Below, piece after piece: positions 30,255 through 35,726 of a stretch of DNA of 64,000 bases (positions are counted from its first letter, which is position 1; each line of letters opens with the position of its first letter). Source of the DNA: Pirellulales bacterium (GTDB lineage Bacteria; Planctomycetota; Planctomycetia; Pirellulales; Thermoguttaceae); NCBI GenBank assembly GCA_013360685.1, contig JABWBD010000003.1:91-64090 (forward strand), read 5' to 3'. The translations under genes and the position numbers were made by a program. The notes under the pieces were generated by a model. It was not told the origin of the DNA, ran no database searches, and saw nothing but the letters and a program-made list of their open reading frames with translations.

Positions 30255-31760
30255 CTACTCAAGCACTTGTTCACGCAGAAAATCAATCTGGTCGGCAACG
30301 TCCAATCGGTTCGTCCAGTTTTCGACCTGATGCGTCCAGAAGAAATCGAGTTCGTTCAGCAGCTCCGGCGCGTGGTCGCTCACATATTGGCCACATACCG
30401 TACGGCCACGACAGGCGAGCATGTACAACAGCCATCGCCGCCGCTGTCCCGAGCTTGCACGAATCAGTCGCACTATGTGCGGCACGAAATCGAGTCGGCT
30501 CAGCAAGACCGCTTGTACCAACCCGGCAGACTGGCGGCCGTCGTCGCCGACGTGCCGCAAAAGTGCTTCGAGATTGTCGGAACAGACCATTCTTGAGAGC
30601 GCCAAGATAGCATGGACGGCCACCACTTCGTCGCTATCATGGACATGAGCGACCAGGCCGGTCAATTCGGCATCGGTCGAAACCTCCGCCAGTCCCCAAG
30701 CGCCGGCCGCTCGCAATTCCGAGTCGTTCGACGTATCTTCCACCAAGCCTCTCAGGAGATCAAGGGATCGTCTGCCAGGCATCTCGGCCAGTATCAGTGC
30801 CGATTCCATTCGGTACTCTCTGGCCACGTCATGGTCATGGACGATCCTGGAAATCGAATCCCATCCCTCCTCGAAGCCAAGACGAGCAAGTGAAGCGGCT
30901 GCCTCCAGGCGAATTCTGCCGTCCTCGGAGTGGTCCATGAGGTGGCTGAGCCGCCCCCTGCTCACGGCGGCTACGTCGGGCAGGAACCCCAGTGCTTTCA
31001 CCGCGGCATACACCGACTCGGTGCTGTCGCTTTCCAAATCGGAGAAGAAGTCGTATCGCTGCGACGGGGAAGCTGAAGGGGTCAACATGACGCGCAGCGC
31101 CGACGCGAGAATCGCGTCGCCGTCGCCGAACACGTCACCGACGTTGACGTGCGGTACTAGCCTTAATCTTCCGCTGCCCGATTTGCGCAAGAGGCGATAG
31201 GTTTGCTTTCGGCCGCCCGCCAACTGCGTGCTGATGGAGTCGCGCGACACGCTCAAGACCCTGCCCGCCCGTTTGGCGACCATTGTGGGCCAGGTGAAAG
31301 GGACCTCGCTTCCTTCCGATGCTGACTTCCTTTGCCCCGGCTTGGCCAGGTGCCAAGTGGACCGCATATCGCCGACGCGAAAAATCGCCACTCGATCACT
31401 GGCTATCCAGGTATCGTCGATCGGCCAGCATCGAATGAACGCCACGATGTCGTGGTCTCGGAGTCCTTTGTCCCATGCGCGATCGGGGTTGTTTACCGAG
31501 TGAGACATCGTGATCTTCAGATCGGCCTTGGCGCGGCACTCGATCCGTATGCCGGACTCCAGACAGAGAAGATCGGGAACCCGCAATCGCTTGATCTTGG
31601 TTGCCCAAATCTTGATGCTGCAACAGTAGCGTTCCAGTTCGATGATGCGGAATCCACCCTGCCTCAGGATGGCGGCAACCTTTCGCGTGCCAACCGCACC
31701 GATGCTGACGTTTCGTAGAAACTCCCGGTTGCTCTTGAACCCCACGGTGGCCGCCCTCAA
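30255..31760 (-). CDS. Hjc/PD-(D/E)xK-like N-terminal domain fused to HEAT (PBS-lyase-type) repeats; occupies the R slot of a C-controlled R-M-like cassette
   Basis: The TTG start (31760-31758) overlaps the TGA stop of the upstream C gene (TTGA). The N-terminus GAVGTRKVAAILRQGGFRIIELER...VPDLLCLESGIRIECRAK follows the Hjc/restriction-endonuclease-fold pattern (G...GF.v.R ... PD ... hExK), with Thr for the first Glu and ECR/AK for ExK. The C-terminus has at least 5 HEAT-like repeats (DGRIRLEAAASLARLG, DSELRAAGAWGLAEV, SDEVVAVHAILALSRM ...). Confidence 0.65.
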   Translation of the reverse strand: MRAATVGFKSNREFLRNVSIGAVGTRKVAAILRQGGFRIIELERYCCSIKIWATKIKRLRVPDLLCLESGIRIECRAKADLKITMSHSVNNPDRAWDKGLRDHDIVAFIRCWPIDDTWIASDRVAIFRVGDMRSTWHLAKPGQRKSASEGSEVPFTWPTMVAKRAGRVLSVSRDSISTQLAGGRKQTYRLLRKSGSGRLRLVPHVNVGDVFGDGDAILASALRVMLTPSASPSQRYDFFSDLESDSTESVYAAVKALGFLPDVAAVSRGRLSHLMDHSEDGRIRLEAAASLARLGFEEGWDSISRIVHDHDVAREYRMESALILAEMPGRRSLDLLRGLVEDTSNDSELRAAGAWGLAEVSTDAELTGLVAHVHDSDEVVAVHAILALSRMVCSDNLEALLRHVGDDGRQSAGLVQAVLLSRLDFVPHIVRLIRASSGQRRRWLLYMLACRGRTVCGQYVSDHAPELLNELDFFWTHQVENWTNRLDVADQIDFLREQVLE

Positions 31761-31978
31761 TGGCTGGCAGCATCAGGCATCAGCTCCGACATGGCGACAT
31801 CCAAGGCGATGGCCAACCTCTCGATGTTCACGAGAGAGATGTTGCGTTCGCCACGTTCGACGCCACTGACGTAAGTCCGATGAAGGCCGGCCAGGTCCGC
31901 CAGCCTTTCCTGGGAAATCCCCTTCTTTCGGCGGATTTCTCGGAGTCGTTCCCCAAACCGGACCTGCACGTCGGACAA
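31757..31978 (-). CDS. Controller (C) protein, XRE-family HTH regulator of R-M systems
   Basis: A 73-aa protein. GISQERLADLAGLHRTYVSGVERGERNISLVNIERLAIALDV closely follows the conserved C-protein core (LSQE.LA...G..R.Y.S..ERG.RN.SL.NI..LA.AL). TTG start. It is divergent from the methyltransferase and overlaps the downstream gene. Confidence 0.85.
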   Translation of the reverse strand: MSDVQVRFGERLREIRRKKGISQERLADLAGLHRTYVSGVERGERNISLVNIERLAIALDVAMSELMPDAASH

Positions 31979-32018
31979 GATGGTACCCTTTGCTGCATCA
32001 ACAGGATGCCCAAAGCTA

Positions 32019-32090
32019 TTGACGGCAGTGTCGGGGATTGCATATTATACGTCTACAGCCTTTAAGTTACGGTAACGTATCGTCTACACG
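32019..32090. promoter_or_regulatory. Divergent promoter/operator candidate for the M and C genes
   Basis: AT-rich patch. TTGACG (32019-32024), an 18-nt spacer, then TATTAT (32043-32048) reads toward M. Direct repeats TATaCGTCTACA (32046-32057) and TATCGTCTACA (32078-32088) lie 31 bp apart and flank the palindrome GTTACgGTAAC (32066-32076). Confidence 0.4.
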
Positions 32091-32145
32091 ACTGGGAAAC
32101 TTCCGGGAAACTTGGTACGCTGCAATGAAGAGGAGAGCACGCTCG

Positions 32146-33135
32146 ATGCAGGGGAATGGACGAGTAGTCGAGGTCTACCGGACCAAGTTCGGCAGGGCGG
32201 TTCTGTCCAAGGCCGAAGACTACCTGCCGTCAATGCCGGAAAACTCCGTAGACTTGGTGGTCACGTCGCCCCCTTTCGCCCTCTTGCGACAGAAGGCATA
32301 TGGGAACCTGGACCAAGCCGATTACGTCGATTGGCTCGTCTCGTTTGGCCCGCTGGTGCGACGAGTCCTGAAGGACAGCGGCAGTTGGGTGCTGGACTTG
32401 GGCGGCGCCTATCAGCGCGGAGTCCCCTGCCGCTCGTTGTACAACTACCGGGTTCTTCTTCGGCTGTGTGATGAACACGGCTTCTATCTCGCCGAGGAGT
32501 TCTTCTGGCACAACCCGGCCAAACTGCCTTCGCCCATCGAATGGGTGAACAAGCGCAAGATTCGCGCTAAGGATTCAGTCAATACGATCTGGTGGCTTGC
32601 CAAGTCCGAGAATCCCAAGGCCAATGTCAGCAATGTCCTTGCGCCCTACAGCGCGCGCATGAAGCAGTTGATGAAGGATCCGGAAGCCTTCTATCGACCG
32701 AAGGATCGTCCGTCCGGGCACGACATCAGCGCCAAATTCGGCAAAGACAACGGTGGGGCGATCCCCTCAAACCTATTGCAGTACCCGAACACCGAGAGCA
32801 ACTCCGTCCATATCCGGCTGTGCAAGGCGCACGACGTCGAACCGCACCCTGCGCGGTTCCCTCGCTCGTTGCCGGAGTTCTTCATCAAGTTCTTGACCGA
32901 TTCCGGCGATACGGTCATGGACATTTTCGCCGGCTCGAACACGACGGGGGAGGCGGCTGAGTTGCTGGGCCGATCCTGGATTGCTCTGGAGTGCAATGTC
33001 GAATACATTATTGGCTCGGCCTTCCGGTTCATGGCCGAATGGCCGGACGATGAAGTCGCGGACTTCGTCCGCAAGGCTCGGGACGTTCCGGCCGAACCTT
33101 TACGCGTCCGATCGTTGCAGCGATCACTATTCTGA
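32146..33135 (+). CDS. Beta-class amino DNA methyltransferase, SPPF type (predicted N4-cytosine; N6-adenine not excluded)
   Basis: ORF 32038..33135. ATG 32146 has AGGAG 10 nt upstream; ATG 32125 is possible. Motif IV VDLVVTSPPFALL precedes motif I DIFAGSNTTGEAAELLGRSWIALE, which is the beta-class order. HPARFP is also typical of this N4/N6 family. Confidence 0.9.
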   Translation: MQGNGRVVEVYRTKFGRAVLSKAEDYLPSMPENSVDLVVTSPPFALLRQKAYGNLDQADYVDWLVSFGPLVRRVLKDSGSWVLDLGGAYQRGVPCRSLYNYRVLLRLCDEHGFYLAEEFFWHNPAKLPSPIEWVNKRKIRAKDSVNTIWWLAKSENPKANVSNVLAPYSARMKQLMKDPEAFYRPKDRPSGHDISAKFGKDNGGAIPSNLLQYPNTESNSVHIRLCKAHDVEPHPARFPRSLPEFFIKFLTDSGDTVMDIFAGSNTTGEAAELLGRSWIALECNVEYIIGSAFRFMAEWPDDEVADFVRKARDVPAEPLRVRSLQRSLF

Positions 33136-33206
33136 ATCCATGCCGTGCGGTCTCTTGGCAACTTGTTTCACTGGTCAGGGCCACATCCCTGTCGGGCGCT
33201 GATTAA

Positions 33207-33947
33207 CGCCATTACCACTCCGGTGGACACGCGTGGCTGGTTCCCAGGATTTCGCAGAAATACGCGCCGGTGATTGTAAATCAACCGGACCAGCTCATCC
33301 TCGACTTCGACGAGGCCTGGGGGCCGGTCGGCCCGAACGACTGGCTCCGCCTGGAGAACATCGGGCAAGACCTGGCCGACTGCACAAATCTGGTGGAACT
33401 GACCGCCAAATCGGGCCCCGCTCGGCGGAACGTCCACTTTGTCGAGCACTGGCCGGCGCACACGCCCCTCTATGCTCGATACGAACCGGGTTTCCTACTC
33501 GACGGCGAGTACGCCGGGCGCACGACCGTGTCGGAGGTCCGGCAACTCGCCGTAACCGTGTGGTCGTTGAAGGAAGCCTTTCGAACGAGCTATGTCTACC
33601 TTGGCGAAGAGAAGGATCACGATATCGCCCGATACTGCGAGATGCTCTCGCTGCACGGATCGTACAGGCCCTTTGAGGAGGGCTTGCTCTGGGACACCCA
33701 GCGGGCCGCCGTCTTCACGCTCGACGGCATCGAGTCGCTTCCGCCGTGCCGGGTGATCGTCACGTTCATCGGCGGCGGTCAATCGAAGTCCTGGTACTGG
33801 GAGTTGGACGGCTGGAGTCGGGGGCAGCGCAAGACGTTTCAGCCGCCGCGAGGCGCCTTGACGTTTGATGCGCAGAGAATCGTGGGAGAAATCACGTTCC
33901 CGGAGACGCGCTACAAGCATCGAACCACGCTTCCGGTGAGCCATTAA
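33207..33947 (+). pseudogene. 5'-truncated paralogue of gene 28377..29600 (C-terminal domain only)
   Basis: ORF 33270..33947 (GTG start). Homology to 28885-29600 already begins upstream of that GTG (..YHSG..SQKYAPVIVNQPDQLILDFDEAWGPVGP.. versus ..IHSG..AQKYSPAVVDQPDRLVLDFDEAWGPVGP..). It lacks the signal peptide and the N-terminal ~170 aa. It could still be expressed as a stand-alone domain. Confidence 0.5.
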
Positions 33948-33959
33948 CGCGGGTACCTA

Positions 33960-34619
33960 TCATTTTGGAAGGTGTTCCACCATTCCGTCCTCCGATACAA
34001 CCAAAATAAGACACTTCTCATGCTGGCTTAAGTACCGGACTGCCGAGTTGTATCTTGCACCCCGGGCCGGATCGCCGTGTTTGCTTGCTTTGCCATCGAG
34101 AATGACGCCAATGCCGTGGCACACGCCATTAAGATCAACGACGATCGCGCCGTCGATCGCGGACGCTCCCGTGATCAATTCTTCAGTCGCTTTGAAAGGG
34201 AGGATGGTGCCGCCTTCAGCTAACCGCCGCGCCTCCTTGCGCGCGGACGGAGAAATCACGAGCATTGTGCCGTGCTTCGCCTTCGCCGCGAACGACACCA
34301 TATCGAGCAGTCGAGCCTTTGCGGTAGAACTAATGGATGGAAAGATCCGCTGGAGCGCAGCTTCGACCTCAGCCACATCATACTGGCGCTTTGGGAGTCC
34401 CGGCTGCCCGTATTCGACGCGCATCAGCGCAGTGTCGAGATGCCATAATTCCCAACAATGGTGTTTGACGAACTTGACTTCAAAAGTGTCGGCGTTCGTT
34501 ACATCGTATTGCTTTCGATCAAAGTTCCCAAGTCCGTAGACACAGCGAGAGTCCGACAGGACGTGCAAGTTTTCCGTGCACATTTCCAGGATTTTGCGCG
34601 CTCGTCGGTAATGAACCAT
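33960..34619 (-). CDS. Diadenylate-cyclase (DisA_N/DAC)-like domain protein with a degenerate RHR motif
   Basis: Residues 116-219 reproduce the DAC block order: HGTMLVIS (GALIV block), SAIDGAIVV (DGA motif), GDPARGARYNSAVRY (in place of GTRHRAA) and LILVVSEDGMV (VVSEETG block). The N-terminal 115 aa are unassigned. The stretch has lower G+C. Confidence 0.6.
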   Translation of the reverse strand: MVHYRRARKILEMCTENLHVLSDSRCVYGLGNFDRKQYDVTNADTFEVKFVKHHCWELWHLDTALMRVEYGQPGLPKRQYDVAEVEAALQRIFPSISSTAKARLLDMVSFAAKAKHGTMLVISPSARKEARRLAEGGTILPFKATEELITGASAIDGAIVVDLNGVCHGIGVILDGKASKHGDPARGARYNSAVRYLSQHEKCLILVVSEDGMVEHLPK

Positions 34620-34709
34620 CGGAATCGACGGGCTGAACTTGATCTGAGCATTGACTGCGGGATGGCCAATGTCACAGACGATCAGATTGCCGATGCCTTC
34701 TTGCTGTTC

Positions 34710-35501
34710 CTACCTCATTGACGAGATGACCGTCGCCGCATCGAACAGGTCGTAGGTGCCATGAAGCAAGGTATCTCTCGGAGAGAACCGCGTTCCAGCC
34801 CACGCCTGGTCGCGCGTGAAGAAGGTACCTGCAATGCGTAGAAGTTCGCGTGTGTCGCGCTGCCTCCATTCCAGCAACGCGCCGGCATTGCGCTTCCTCA
34901 ACTCTTCCGCCGCGTCAGCGAGCACGACCTCGACGGCACCCCACACGAAGGACGGCGACCGGCCGTTCTGCTGATACACAGAGCCATCGAGGTGCGGGTA
35001 GCGGTTATACTGATCGCGATGGACCGCGGCAATGAGGCAGACCACATACCCGTTAATTTCGGCTGGTTGCGACGCAAAGACCAGCATGGAGTGCGAGTCG
35101 AGTATCTCTTCCACGGCGTGCTTGATCTCGCGCCAGCACGTCCGTAGGAAGTCGCAGTGCCTCGAATATGTGTTTCCCCATTTGGCTGGAGGCAACCCAT
35201 CGTTCGGAGGGAGCGTCCTGGCGGTTGTGAGTTCCTGGAACCTTCCAGTGAACTGGCGGGATTTAACGGGAGCCACGCGCGTAGGCGATACAACTGTCTT
35301 CCCATTTGCGAGACTCGCCCCCACCAAGAACACCCAGGGAGTCATTTCCGCCCCGAGTGACTCAAGGACATTTTCTAACGTATTCCGATACAGGTGCACA
35401 AATTCATCTTGATGTTGCCATATCCGACGTGTTCGCACGGAAACCTCCAAAGTCTTCTTCGTGGATTGTGCAAAAGGACCTCCACTGCTGGCAGGATACA
35501 A
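34710..35501 (-). CDS. Hypothetical protein, upstream partner of the DAC-like gene
   Basis: A 263-aa ORF with a TTG start (uncertain), on the same strand and 90 bp upstream of the DAC-like gene. G+C is lower than the flanks. No motif was recognised. Confidence 0.5.
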   Translation of the reverse strand: MYPASSGGPFAQSTKKTLEVSVRTRRIWQHQDEFVHLYRNTLENVLESLGAEMTPWVFLVGASLANGKTVVSPTRVAPVKSRQFTGRFQELTTARTLPPNDGLPPAKWGNTYSRHCDFLRTCWREIKHAVEEILDSHSMLVFASQPAEINGYVVCLIAAVHRDQYNRYPHLDGSVYQQNGRSPSFVWGAVEVVLADAAEELRKRNAGALLEWRQRDTRELLRIAGTFFTRDQAWAGTRFSPRDTLLHGTYDLFDAATVISSMR

Positions 35502-35726
35502 ATACTACTATCAAACGGTCTGCGATGAACGCGACCGCATCGCGTCCGATGAGCTTTGCGCGGGGATGTTCTGTGTCGACGGTCGCTGTGTACAGAGTTG
35601 CTTCAATGACACACCTCTCTATTCGCGGAACCCCGAGTCATAAGCGCAAGGTTACCGCCGGTCCGGGCTTGTCCGTCGGAGGCCCTGCAAGTGATCGCTA
35701 ATCGCCATCAGTGTGGCTGTCGTCAT

